A stretch of 64,000 bases of DNA. It comes from a virus. Within the stretch, counting starts at the first letter, position 1; each line of letters starts with the position of its first letter. The position numbers and the translations under genes are program-made. The stretch is taken from the IMG/VR virus record IMGVR_UViG_3300021475_000011, positions 3,534 to 67,533 of that record; one strand, written 5' to 3'. Below the pieces are notes generated by a model that was not told where the DNA came from, searched no databases, and saw only the letters and a program-made list of their open reading frames with translations. This document shows positions 9,400 through 17,149 of the stretch, one piece after another.

Positions 9400-10161
9400 T
9401 CAGGCGACGATGGCAGCCTCGCCGGACGCGCTCAGCTCGTAGTCGTTGTGCTCGGTCAGCACAGCGAGGCCACGACGGATGAGCAGGTCCACGATCGCTT
9501 TCGCTTCCGTCGCGTCGTAGCTCGTGCCGTTCAGGCCGCTAAGCGCCTTCTGGAACTGATCGAGGTCGCAGCCAGGCTCCGCGCCGATGATCCGCAACGC
9601 GCCCTGCTGAAGCTCCGTCAGCGGCTCCGGGTCGTCATCCCCACCACCTGCCGCCGCTGGCGCTGCCGCGGCCGGCTGCGTGGCTGCTGGTGGCTCAGCG
9701 GGCGGCGTCTCGCCCTTCGCCGCTTTGGGTGCGCGCGTGCGCCGCGCGCGAGTGCCGGTGCTCGTCTCGACCTCCACGCTGTCGATCCCCTCGACGCCAG
9801 CGAGCGCGGCGTCGGCCAGCGCGTCCACGGTGCTCTGCTCCGAGAGCACGGCGTCGAGCGAGTCGGGGTGCGGCACGTCATGGAAGACGCTCGTGTCCTT
9901 CGCCGCGCGCCTGATCCGGCCGCCCGCTTCGAGCTTCGAGCCGCGCATGATGGTGTTGATCGCCAAGCCCTGCACTTCCTTCTCCTTGAAGCCAGCGCTG
10001 TCGATCACAGCCACGACCGTTATCTCGATCCGGTCGCCGAGGTTGAACTGCGAGAGCATGTCGGGGTGCATCCCGAGCGCGCCGCCTAGCTTCAGCTCCG
10101 CGTCGTTGGACTCCCAATCGTCAGGGACCGGGAGTAGGGACATCTGCTGCTGCCGCGCCAT
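9400..10161 (-). CDS. hypothetical protein with C-terminal wHTH-like domain
   Basis: AAGGAGG RBS; C-terminal LTELQQGALRII...VDLLIRRGLA...YELSASG. Confidence 0.6.
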   Translation of the reverse strand: MARQQQMSLLPVPDDWESNDAELKLGGALGMHPDMLSQFNLGDRIEITVVAVIDSAGFKEKEVQGLAINTIMRGSKLEAGGRIRRAAKDTSVFHDVPHPDSLDAVLSEQSTVDALADAALAGVEGIDSVEVETSTGTRARRTRAPKAAKGETPPAEPPAATQPAAAAPAAAGGGDDDPEPLTELQQGALRIIGAEPGCDLDQFQKALSGLNGTSYDATEAKAIVDLLIRRGLAVLTEHNDYELSASGEAAIVA

Positions 10162-10459
10162 CACTTCCTCCTTGCTCGTCGTCGTCGGCTTCGGCGTAAC
10201 CGATGCCCTGGAAAGTCCAGCCATCCTCGAAGTGCATGGCGCTGATGGCTGGCACTACGTCGCCCGCGTCGGGCGATGCTGCGGGTGCAGGCACGAGGAT
10301 CGTCCCCCAGCGCGGGTCGCTGTCAGCGGCGCCGCCTTGGAAGTCGCCGAGCGGGCGCACCGCGCCGACGACGGGCAGCGTGTACTTCCGGCGCTCGTCG
10401 CCGTCGCCCTTCGTGTAGAGCGCGACAAACCCGATCGGGAAGGGGAACGCCCAGCTCAC
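10121..10459 (-). CDS. hypothetical protein
   Basis: ORF coupled to its neighbours with normal composition. Confidence 0.55.
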   Translation of the reverse strand: MSWAFPFPIGFVALYTKGDGDERRKYTLPVVGAVRPLGDFQGGAADSDPRWGTILVPAPAASPDAGDVVPAISAMHFEDGWTFQGIGYAEADDDEQGGSDGAAAADVPTPGP

Positions 10460-11046
10460 GAGCTGGCGCCCTCCGCTGCTGCACGCTCGGCGCGGCGGCG
10501 GGCGGCTGCCTGCTGGCGCGTCTCGGTCTGTGCGACATCGGGCGGCACGCTGGCCGCGGGCGCGCTGCCGGAATCGTCGGTGCCGCCGTCAGCATCCCCG
10601 GCAGGATCACCGGCAGGCGCCTCGCCGGCGGCTGCCGCGATGGCGTCACGGCTGGCCTGCTCCTGATCGGCCGCGCGCTGCTCCTCAGCGAGCCGGCGCG
10701 TCTCGCGCTCGGCCTGCTCGCGCTCGCCCGCCTCGATGCGCTCTTGCCGCCGGCGCTCGGCGTCGGCCGCACGCGCGTCGGCCGGGTTCTCGTTCTCGCC
10801 CACCGGCTTCGTCGTGCCAGGCGGACGGCCAGCGTCGCGCCCGCGCGCGCCGTGAACGCGCTCCTGCGCGATGTTGCCAGCGTCGTCGGGCTCAGGCTCC
10901 CACTTCCCGAGGCCCGGCACGAACACGACCATGCCGCCCGCGCGCACGCTCAGGAACCCCCGCACGATCGCGCCCTGCTCGTTGCGCATCAGCCAGTCGC
11001 CCGTCTCCGGGTCGAGGCCCGTCAGCTCACCCATCTTGCTCGGCAT
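10456..11046 (-). CDS. hypothetical protein
   Basis: MPSKMGELTG...; GGAAGG RBS; charged C-terminus. Confidence 0.55.
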   Translation of the reverse strand: MPSKMGELTGLDPETGDWLMRNEQGAIVRGFLSVRAGGMVVFVPGLGKWEPEPDDAGNIAQERVHGARGRDAGRPPGTTKPVGENENPADARAADAERRRQERIEAGEREQAERETRRLAEEQRAADQEQASRDAIAAAAGEAPAGDPAGDADGGTDDSGSAPAASVPPDVAQTETRQQAAARRRAERAAAEGASS

Positions 11047-11587
11047 CGCTACCGCCTTCCGTCGTCGTAGGTTCGGGATCGCCGCTCTGATCGTCGGATG
11101 CTGCAAGCCCAGCTAGATAGCCCTGGAACTCCGAAGCCAAGTCCTCGCCGTGCGCCTCGTCGAACATCGGGTCGCCGTCGCTCGTGGCGACATGCTCCGT
11201 CGGCGCGCCCCTGCTCAGCCGCTCCGTCTTCACGCCCAGCTCGAGCAGCCGCACCACGTCGCCCGGCTTCAAGCTCGCCGGGTCGATCCGGCGCAGCGCA
11301 TCGTGCGCGAGCGCGACGACCTCCTGCCCGAGCCGCGCGTGCCGCAGGATCATCTCCACCTGCGCTTCCGCGTTGGCCGCCAACCGGATGCGATCGACCT
11401 CCCGGTCGTAGGCACGAGCTCGCAGCGTCCACTCGTTCGAGGACGCCATGCGCTCGGTCCACGACCGCGACCTGCCGATGACGTTGGCGACCTTCTTCAG
11501 CGAGCGGGAAAGGCCCATTTCCCGGTACACAAGGAACGCCTCGAAGGCGCGGCCGTTCTCGTTGTCGAGCTGCTCCCAAACCTCCAC
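11027..11587 (-). CDS. terminase small subunit-like protein
   Basis: WEQLDNENGRAFEAFLVYREMGLSRSLKKVA...EWTLRARAYD pattern typical of a TerS family. Confidence 0.65.
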   Translation of the reverse strand: MEVWEQLDNENGRAFEAFLVYREMGLSRSLKKVANVIGRSRSWTERMASSNEWTLRARAYDREVDRIRLAANAEAQVEMILRHARLGQEVVALAHDALRRIDPASLKPGDVVRLLELGVKTERLSRGAPTEHVATSDGDPMFDEAHGEDLASEFQGYLAGLAASDDQSGDPEPTTTEGGSDAEQDG

Positions 11588-11590
11588 CGC

Positions 11591-11890
11591 TCACGCCGCC
11601 GCCCACGCCTTGTCCACGTAGAACCACTCGCCGGCGCCACCTTCGGACGAGCTGATCGGGCCGACGGGGAACTCGCCCATCTTCTCTTCGGTGACGGGGT
11701 TGGAGAGCTCGACCCACAGCTCGCCGTTGCGGCGCAGCGTGTCGTCCACGCGCAGGACGTGGCGGTGGCCGCCGTCGTGGATGCGGACGCCCGGCTTCAG
11801 CCTCGACAGGTCATCGAGGACACGGACAGGGCGCGGGTTGCGGTGGCGATCCTGAACGCGGGACGTGCGCGGCGGTGGTCGGCGAGGCAT
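11591..11890 (-). CDS. hypothetical protein (probably leaderless)
   Basis: TACGCT -10 box (11898-11903) lies 7 nt before the ATG. Confidence 0.55.
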   Translation of the reverse strand: MPRRPPPRTSRVQDRHRNPRPVRVLDDLSRLKPGVRIHDGGHRHVLRVDDTLRRNGELWVELSNPVTEEKMGEFPVGPISSSEGGAGEWFYVDKAWAAA

Positions 11891-11908
11891 CCGGGCCAGC
11901 GTACAAGA

Positions 11909-12427
11909 CTATGCAGACGCAGCAGCGGCTCGCGGGTATTCTCCCGGCCGCAAAGTGCGAAGACCTGCTGCTGAGAGCGCGAGGTTCCATGTGATGTGCG
12001 CGCGCTGCACCGTCGAGGTCACAGGCCATTCGCTCGGGTCCTTCACGAGCTTCAGCGCGGCGAGCGTCTTGCGGGTCCGCCACTGACTCGCGCGCGGCGG
12101 CTCGCCCTGTTCAGCCGTCCAGCGGATCAGCGCGTTGAGGATCGCGTCGGGGGTCCACACTCGCCCGGCCTGCGCGAACAGACAAGCGCAGTTGGCACAG
12201 CGAAGCGGTGAACGTCCACGCCCGAGGTTGCCATCCGTCGGGCTGCCACAGTCCACGCACGAACCCGCGTAGCTGGCCTTCCGGGCTCGGAGCTTGTCGA
12301 GCGTCGGGTCGCTGAAGTAGCTCGACACGGTGCCCGGCCTGACGCGCAGAATGGCCGCAATCTCACCGTTCGTCTTCCCCTTGGCGCGGAGCGCGCGCGC
12401 CAGCTCCACTCGATCGGCCCTCGGCAT
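11909..12427 (-). CDS. HTH + Zn-finger + homing-endonuclease-associated repeat protein
   Basis: GKTNGEIAAILRVRPGTVSSY HTH; CVDC/CANC; WTPDAILNAL...PP...WP...TV...TWNLALSAAGL. Confidence 0.65.
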   Translation of the reverse strand: MPRADRVELARALRAKGKTNGEIAAILRVRPGTVSSYFSDPTLDKLRARKASYAGSCVDCGSPTDGNLGRGRSPLRCANCACLFAQAGRVWTPDAILNALIRWTAEQGEPPRASQWRTRKTLAALKLVKDPSEWPVTSTVQRAHITWNLALSAAGLRTLRPGEYPRAAAASA

Positions 12428-12695
12428 CGGCCGAGCGTACACGCGGACGCCGACGGCGACGCCGCGCGCCGCGCCTGATCTGCTCCTCCGTGACGACGAC
12501 AAGTTCGCGCAGGGCCTCGGGCGCATCGGTGCCCATACCCGTGAGCGGGATCGGCAGGCGGTCGGCCATGATCTGCGCGACCACGATCCCGTCCTCGCGC
12601 ACGCTCAGCTCGACGCGCGCCGGCGAGAGGCCGTGCATTTCGCTGAGCAGCTTCACGCAGTACGCCAGGTCGTCGTTGATCGTCTCGACCGCCAT
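12363..12695 (-). CDS. hypothetical protein
   Basis: MAVETINDDLAYC...; TGATG coupling. Confidence 0.55.
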   Translation of the reverse strand: MAVETINDDLAYCVKLLSEMHGLSPARVELSVREDGIVVAQIMADRLPIPLTGMGTDAPEALRELVVVTEEQIRRGARRRRRRPRVRSADAEGRSSGAGARAPRQGEDER

Positions 12696-12904
12696 CAGCT
12701 CGCCTCGTCGGGGTCGTAATCCTCTGGCGGCTCGTCGCGGCCAATCTCCCAGCACGGTTCGCACAGCTCCCCGAACTCGGCGGTCAGGCGCTTGCAGCGC
12801 ACGCACAGCAGCGGCGGCTCGGTGGCTGTCCCGCGCTCGTCCTCAAGGCGCGCGAGCAGCCCCCGATAGTGCGTGTGCGCGGCGTCCATATCGACGGCGC
12901 TCAC
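12695..12904 (-). CDS. small Zn-finger protein
   Basis: CVRC...CEPC. Confidence 0.55.
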   Translation of the reverse strand: MSAVDMDAAHTHYRGLLARLEDERGTATEPPLLCVRCKRLTAEFGELCEPCWEIGRDEPPEDYDPDEAS

Positions 12905-13491
12905 GAGCGAACACGAACCGACATCGTGGCGGCCATCTGCGCCTCGCTGCCGTCCTCGAAGACCACGCGGACCCTGCGGTGGATGCGCTCGGTCGAGGCG
13001 ATCGTGCGCCACTCGCCGTCGTGGCGAATCGTCAGGCCCGAGTACAGCTCGTTGGCGTCCATCGGCTTCACGGGCGGCTTCGTCACGACCTCATCCCACG
13101 GGTACTGACGGGCGAGCGAGGCGACGTGCAGCGCTTCGCGGTCGTACTCGTCGGCCAGCTCGGCAGGCGCCGGCGGGATGCAGCCACGGTGGCGAGCATC
13201 CACGCGCAGGACTGCCTCCGTGCGGACCTGCTCGTCGGTCGGCTGCTCGCGGCCGGCGCTCAAGAGCCAGCCCTGCCCGTCGTAGGTGGCGCCACAGCCG
13301 GCGCAGGTGTGGGTCTGCTCGCCGCCGAACGGCACGTCCTCGATCGTCGCGCCGCATGTGCAGTCGTAGCTTCCGTTGGCGCGCTGACCCTGCGGGACGT
13401 TGCGGTCGCGGTGCCAGGCGAGCTTCTTCACTTCGATGGTGACGGGAGCGGTGGCGCTCATGGTGTGGTCCTCTCGGGTGGAAGTGGTCAT
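12901..13491 (-). CDS. Zn-ribbon protein
   Basis: CTCG...CAGCG; leaderless MTTS start at 13491 or SD-led in-frame ATG at 13461. Confidence 0.6.
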   Translation of the reverse strand: MTTSTREDHTMSATAPVTIEVKKLAWHRDRNVPQGQRANGSYDCTCGATIEDVPFGGEQTHTCAGCGATYDGQGWLLSAGREQPTDEQVRTEAVLRVDARHRGCIPPAPAELADEYDREALHVASLARQYPWDEVVTKPPVKPMDANELYSGLTIRHDGEWRTIASTERIHRRVRVVFEDGSEAQMAATMSVRVRS

Positions 13492-13545
13492 GTCAACTAT
13501 GGTGACACTCGCGGGGTCAGGCTTCAAGCGCTCTGGACGAACGTA
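13479..13545 (-). promoter_or_regulatory. leaderless promoter with operator (13491-13507)
   Basis: TTCGTCCAG...TTGAAG-N17-CACCAT-N7-ATGACCACTTCCAC; TGTCA-N7-TGACA covers -10 to +1. Confidence 0.7.
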
Positions 13546-13556
13546 TGAGAACAGCA

Positions 13557-13583
13557 GCGGGGCGCCTGACCTACAGCGCCCCG
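13557..13583 (-). terminator. intrinsic terminator-like hairpin
   Basis: GCGGGGCGC/GCGCCCCGC stem downstream of the 13613 ORF. Confidence 0.55.
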
Positions 13584-13612
13584 CCGTGTTTCCCTCTCCC
13601 CCCGTCCCCCGA

Positions 13613-13930
13613 TCAAGCGCGAGCGAACCTGCGGTCAGGAGGCTTCGGGCCGACCTCGCTCTCGATGTAGGCGATGACGCGGAGCGTGGAGGGCACCGGC
13701 TCGGCGGGCGCCTCGATCACGTCCGCTGGCAGGACCCATGTGTCGAACCAACCGGCGACGAGGAACCGGCGAATGTGGACGCGCTTGCTCACATGGCCGA
13801 ATCGAATCTCGTCTTCGGTGGGATCGGCGACACGCAGCAGCCGCACCGTCTCCAAGTCGTCGCCACTGCCGCTCAGGCGCACGCGCACGTAGGCTCCGTC
13901 GGGCAGAGCTTCCAGCGTCTTCGATCGCAT
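13613..13930 (-). CDS. hypothetical protein
   Basis: ORF coupled by TGATG. Confidence 0.55.
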   Translation of the reverse strand: MRSKTLEALPDGAYVRVRLSGSGDDLETVRLLRVADPTEDEIRFGHVSKRVHIRRFLVAGWFDTWVLPADVIEAPAEPVPSTLRVIAYIESEVGPKPPDRRFARA

Positions 13931-14232
13931 CAGCGGTTCTCGATCGAGCGGAGCTCGCCGCCGGCGTCGGTGAAGCGGCCAAGGCGTCGGGCCGACTCGC
14001 CGTTGCCGCGTAGCAGGTTGCCGGGGAGCGCGTGCAGGATGGTCGGGTCGTCGCGGTGGCGCATCAGCAGGAACTCGGCGCCGCGCTTGCCCGTGAGCAG
14101 GTAGGGCAGCTCGGCGGCTGTGCTCTCGCCCTCGCGGCTGGTCACGGTGTACTCACGCGGGCTGAGCGTGTGCGAGTCCTTCACGACGACGATGCTGGTA
14201 GCTGCTGTGTGGTGATCCGTGGAAGTAGTCAT
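13930..14232 (-). CDS. hypothetical protein (leaderless MTTS start)
   Basis: ATG at the predicted +1 of the promoter. Confidence 0.6.
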   Translation of the reverse strand: MTTSTDHHTAATSIVVVKDSHTLSPREYTVTSREGESTAAELPYLLTGKRGAEFLLMRHRDDPTILHALPGNLLRGNGESARRLGRFTDAGGELRSIENR

Positions 14233-14286
14233 GTCAAGCATGGTGACACGCTCGACGCCCAACCACAACCCCTCTGGACGGACGTA
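14220..14286 (-). promoter_or_regulatory. leaderless promoter with operator (14232-14248)
   Basis: TCCGTCCAG...TTGTGG-N17-CACCAT-N7-ATGACTACTTCCAC. Confidence 0.7.
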
Positions 14287-14631
14287 CTACTCGGGCAGCT
14301 CGGGGACCTCAACCGCATAGATGTCGTCGATGGGCAGGAACATCAGCGGCTCGCCATCGACCTCGAGCACCATCCCACCGTGCTCGTACCTGACGATCTG
14401 GCCGGGCACCACGTCGAGCGGCAACTGTTCGCCGTGCTTGCCCTTGCGGGAGCCGACGGCCAGCACGATCGCGCGGCGTTCCTCTTCGCGGACGGTCGCC
14501 GGCAGGTGCAGGCCGCTCGCGCGCTGCGGCGGCGGCACGGGCTTGACGATGATCCGCGGGCCCATGACCTCGATCACGGCGCTGCCCGTCGGGCGGTCGG
14601 TGCTGGCGACGGCTGTGGTGTGCTCGCTCAT
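14287..14631 (-). CDS. groES: co-chaperonin GroES (Cpn10)-like
   Basis: MGPRIIVKP...ASGLHLP...IVLAVGS...PLDVVPGQIV...G...EVDGE...DDIYAV. Confidence 0.85.
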   Translation of the reverse strand: MSEHTTAVASTDRPTGSAVIEVMGPRIIVKPVPPPQRASGLHLPATVREEERRAIVLAVGSRKGKHGEQLPLDVVPGQIVRYEHGGMVLEVDGEPLMFLPIDDIYAVEVPELPE

Positions 14632-14744
14632 ACGATCGCGCTCCACAGGTGAACACAGCCGGCGATGGTCGCCGTGACGGCCAGCGCCGCTATGCAGCCC
14701 ACCACGACGTAGGCGAGCGCGACGCCGGCCTTCTCGCTGGTCAC
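14628..14744 (-). CDS. small membrane protein
   Basis: 38 aa with a single hydrophobic helix; coupled overlaps. Confidence 0.5.
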   Translation of the reverse strand: MTSEKAGVALAYVVVGCIAALAVTATIAGCVHLWSAIV

Positions 14745-15094
14745 GAGCGAGCGGCTTCCTCTGCCGCCTCCTTGGCGTCTTCGTGCGCGCGCTTCGCCGA
14801 CTTCAGCACCTTCGGGTCCTCCAAGTCGGCGTCCGTCAGGATGCCGTGGCACCGTGCCAGTCCGCGAGCGACGCGCATCTTTGCGTCCTCGATCGCGGTC
14901 TTGGCAAGGGCATACTCGCGGTTGCGAGCCGCGCTCAGGATCGCTCCCGAGTTGGAGAACTCGTCGAGCTTCAAGCGAAGACCCTGCTGCGTCAGCAGTT
15001 CGGTCTTGTCGAAGGCCAGCGTAAGAAGCTGGTGGACGGTGAGCGTGCCCGCCGGGCGCCGCTCGATCGGCTGGACCTGCTCGTCGTCGTTCAT
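14741..15094 (-). CDS. Acb2/Tad1-like helical hairpin protein (putative anti-defence)
   Basis: REYALAKTAIEDAKMRVARG resembles the Tad1/Acb2 RExAxAxTxxEEAxM helix; GGAGG RBS. Confidence 0.5.
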   Translation of the reverse strand: MNDDEQVQPIERRPAGTLTVHQLLTLAFDKTELLTQQGLRLKLDEFSNSGAILSAARNREYALAKTAIEDAKMRVARGLARCHGILTDADLEDPKVLKSAKRAHEDAKEAAEEAARS

Positions 15095-15212
15095 CCTGCC
15101 CTCCGTGTGTCGGTGATGGGAACTCGCCCGCGCAGCATACACGCCCGGCCAGTCCATAACCCATCATCCGTACTATGGGTTAACGGACTTTCCGCACGTA
15201 AAGTCGGGAAAC

Positions 15213-15644
15213 TCAGAACGGCACGCCGTCGTCTTCGGGCGCAGGCGCCGGCGGCTCGGGATCGGCGAGCAGCCGGTCGATGGTCTTGCCGCCGCTCAGG
15301 CGCTTCACGGCCGCCGCGATCGTGCCCGCGCAGCGCACCGCGGCCACCTGCTCGTCCGTGGTCATCAGCGGCAGCAGGTCGAGCCGGTGGCCGTCGTAGG
15401 CGGCGTGGCAGGTGTCGGTGCTCGTCGCCGGGCCGCACAGCTCGACCACATGGTCAGGGTTCACCCACAGGATCGTCTCGCTGACCTCCGGGCGCGGCTC
15501 GTCGTGGACGCGGCCGATGGTGTGCGCCGCCTCAAGAGAGCGGCCGAGCTCGGCGAGCTGGAACACGTCGAGGCCGCACGCGCGACACCGGCCCTTCTCG
15601 TCCACCTTCGCGCGTGCCGCTGACCAATCCCGCTGCACGCTCAC
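15213..15644 (-). CDS. HNH endonuclease-like protein
   Basis: CRAC...LEAAHTIG...VVELCG...CHAAYD. Confidence 0.7.
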   Translation of the reverse strand: MSVQRDWSAARAKVDEKGRCRACGLDVFQLAELGRSLEAAHTIGRVHDEPRPEVSETILWVNPDHVVELCGPATSTDTCHAAYDGHRLDLLPLMTTDEQVAAVRCAGTIAAAVKRLSGGKTIDRLLADPEPPAPAPEDDGVPF

Positions 15645-16123
15645 GGCGTCAGTTCAGCCTCGCGCTTCTGCGCCGAGAGGATCGACTGCCGCAGGCTGGC
15701 AGCCCGCTCCTTGCTCTTGATCCACTTCTCAAGCGCTCGAATCTCGGCTTCCAGCTCGACGTACTCAACCCACATTTTCGGGTTCTGCTCCTTCGCCCGG
15801 ATGCGGGCCTCGGCCTCCATGATCCGCGACGGCCTGCCCTTCAGCGACGCGGGCAGCTTGTTCTCGGGGTCGGCTGCGTGCTCGAGCATTTCCCGCTCGA
15901 TCGCGCACATGGCCTCGTCCACGACCGCCTCCCATTGCAGCTTCAGCCCGAGCTCGCCGTCGGTGACGCCCTCGAACTTCTTGATCGCCTGCCCCAGCCG
16001 CGCGGACGCCGAGTCGAGGCCACGCGCGTCGAGCGCCAGGTCCGTCATCAGCGACATCGGGTCGATCCTGATGTCCACCGTGCGCGCCGGCGGTGGCTGC
16101 TGCGAGTCGTCGAGCGTGGTCAT
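15641..16123 (-). CDS. coiled-coil hypothetical protein
   Basis: MTTLDDSQ...; helical; coupled overlaps. Confidence 0.6.
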   Translation of the reverse strand: MTTLDDSQQPPPARTVDIRIDPMSLMTDLALDARGLDSASARLGQAIKKFEGVTDGELGLKLQWEAVVDEAMCAIEREMLEHAADPENKLPASLKGRPSRIMEAEARIRAKEQNPKMWVEYVELEAEIRALEKWIKSKERAASLRQSILSAQKREAELTP

Positions 16124-16902
16124 ACGAACGACCTGCGCTGCTGCTTGCGGGCGAGCGCCACGCGGTCGAGCCGTTCGTGCAGCGCGGCGACCGACAGGAA
16201 GTCCTCTAGTTCGCCGACGCCGCGCTCGACTTCGCCGGGGGTGCCGTCGGCGTGCAGGTGCAGCAGCTCCGTGTGGCAGACGGCGAAGCCGGTCAGCTCG
16301 AGGTAGGCGGCGGCGTAGGCGGCGACCTGAATGTGGGCGCTGTCGTAGATCGCCTTGCTCGTCTTCGCGTCGCCGAGCACGAGGCCACCACAGCCACAGG
16401 TGCAGCTCCGCAGATAGTCGAACGTGCCGGCGTAGCGGTGCGCCAGGCTGATGATCGGGACCTCCGTCGAATGGAACACGGGGCGCGTGTCGAGGACCCA
16501 ACCGGCAAGGCTCTGATGGAAAGGCCGCTCGACCTCGGGCAGCTCGTGGAACGGTGGCGGCCCGTCGTCGCCGGCGTACATCGTCAGCGCCTCGTGGACG
16601 TTCGTGCCGCGCAGCGCGGCTTCGTCGCGCAGGTCGATCGGCCGGACCTTCTTCTCGGCCAGGTACATGACCGCCTCCTCGGCGGTGGAGAAGAACACGC
16701 CGTCGTTGTTCATGGCGACCATCGCCTCGACGGTGCGCGTGAAGGCCCACCACGTCAGGGCCTCGGACTTGTCGATGACGCCCAATATCTTCGTGACGCT
16801 CGGCAGCGTGAAGCTCTCGACGCCGGCGGCTGTGTGGACGGTGTAAGCGTGCTTGACGGGCTCGAAGTCCACCACCACGTCGCCGTAGCGCACAGTCTTC
16901 AC
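16120..16902 (-). CDS. PD-(D/E)XK (RecB/Cas4-like) exonuclease
   Basis: LPSVTKIL...RGTNVHEAL...YAGTFD...LGDAKTS...QVAAY. Confidence 0.88.
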   Translation of the reverse strand: MKTVRYGDVVVDFEPVKHAYTVHTAAGVESFTLPSVTKILGVIDKSEALTWWAFTRTVEAMVAMNNDGVFFSTAEEAVMYLAEKKVRPIDLRDEAALRGTNVHEALTMYAGDDGPPPFHELPEVERPFHQSLAGWVLDTRPVFHSTEVPIISLAHRYAGTFDYLRSCTCGCGGLVLGDAKTSKAIYDSAHIQVAAYAAAYLELTGFAVCHTELLHLHADGTPGEVERGVGELEDFLSVAALHERLDRVALARKQQRRSFV

Positions 16903-17149
16903 AGGACGACACCGACCACGCGCAGCACAGTACCGGGCGCGAAGATCGTGGGCTCCGTCACCACTTCACCTGACAGTGGCTCGGGCGCGGGCAGGCCGCC
17001 GATGCTGTTGCAGCCGCAAGCCTCGACGGCGTGCTCGTCCACGATCATCTTCCAGACCTCCTCGGCCCACTCGGATCGGCCAGGTGCCCCCCCCCCGACG
17101 GAACATGGAAGGTCCCGCAGGTGGTGATGATGCGTGCGTAGACCTTCAC
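16899..17149 (-). pseudogene. small ORF frameshifted at a G10 tract
   Basis: The GTG-to-TGA span is 251 nt with coupled overlaps at both ends; the frame breaks at the C10 run (17087-17096). Confidence 0.5.

Noticed and set aside
16120-16902. Cas4-like nuclease as a sign of a CRISPR system
   Set aside because: No repeat-spacer array or other cas genes were seen; the context (Rad52-like, HNH) indicates a recombination exonuclease
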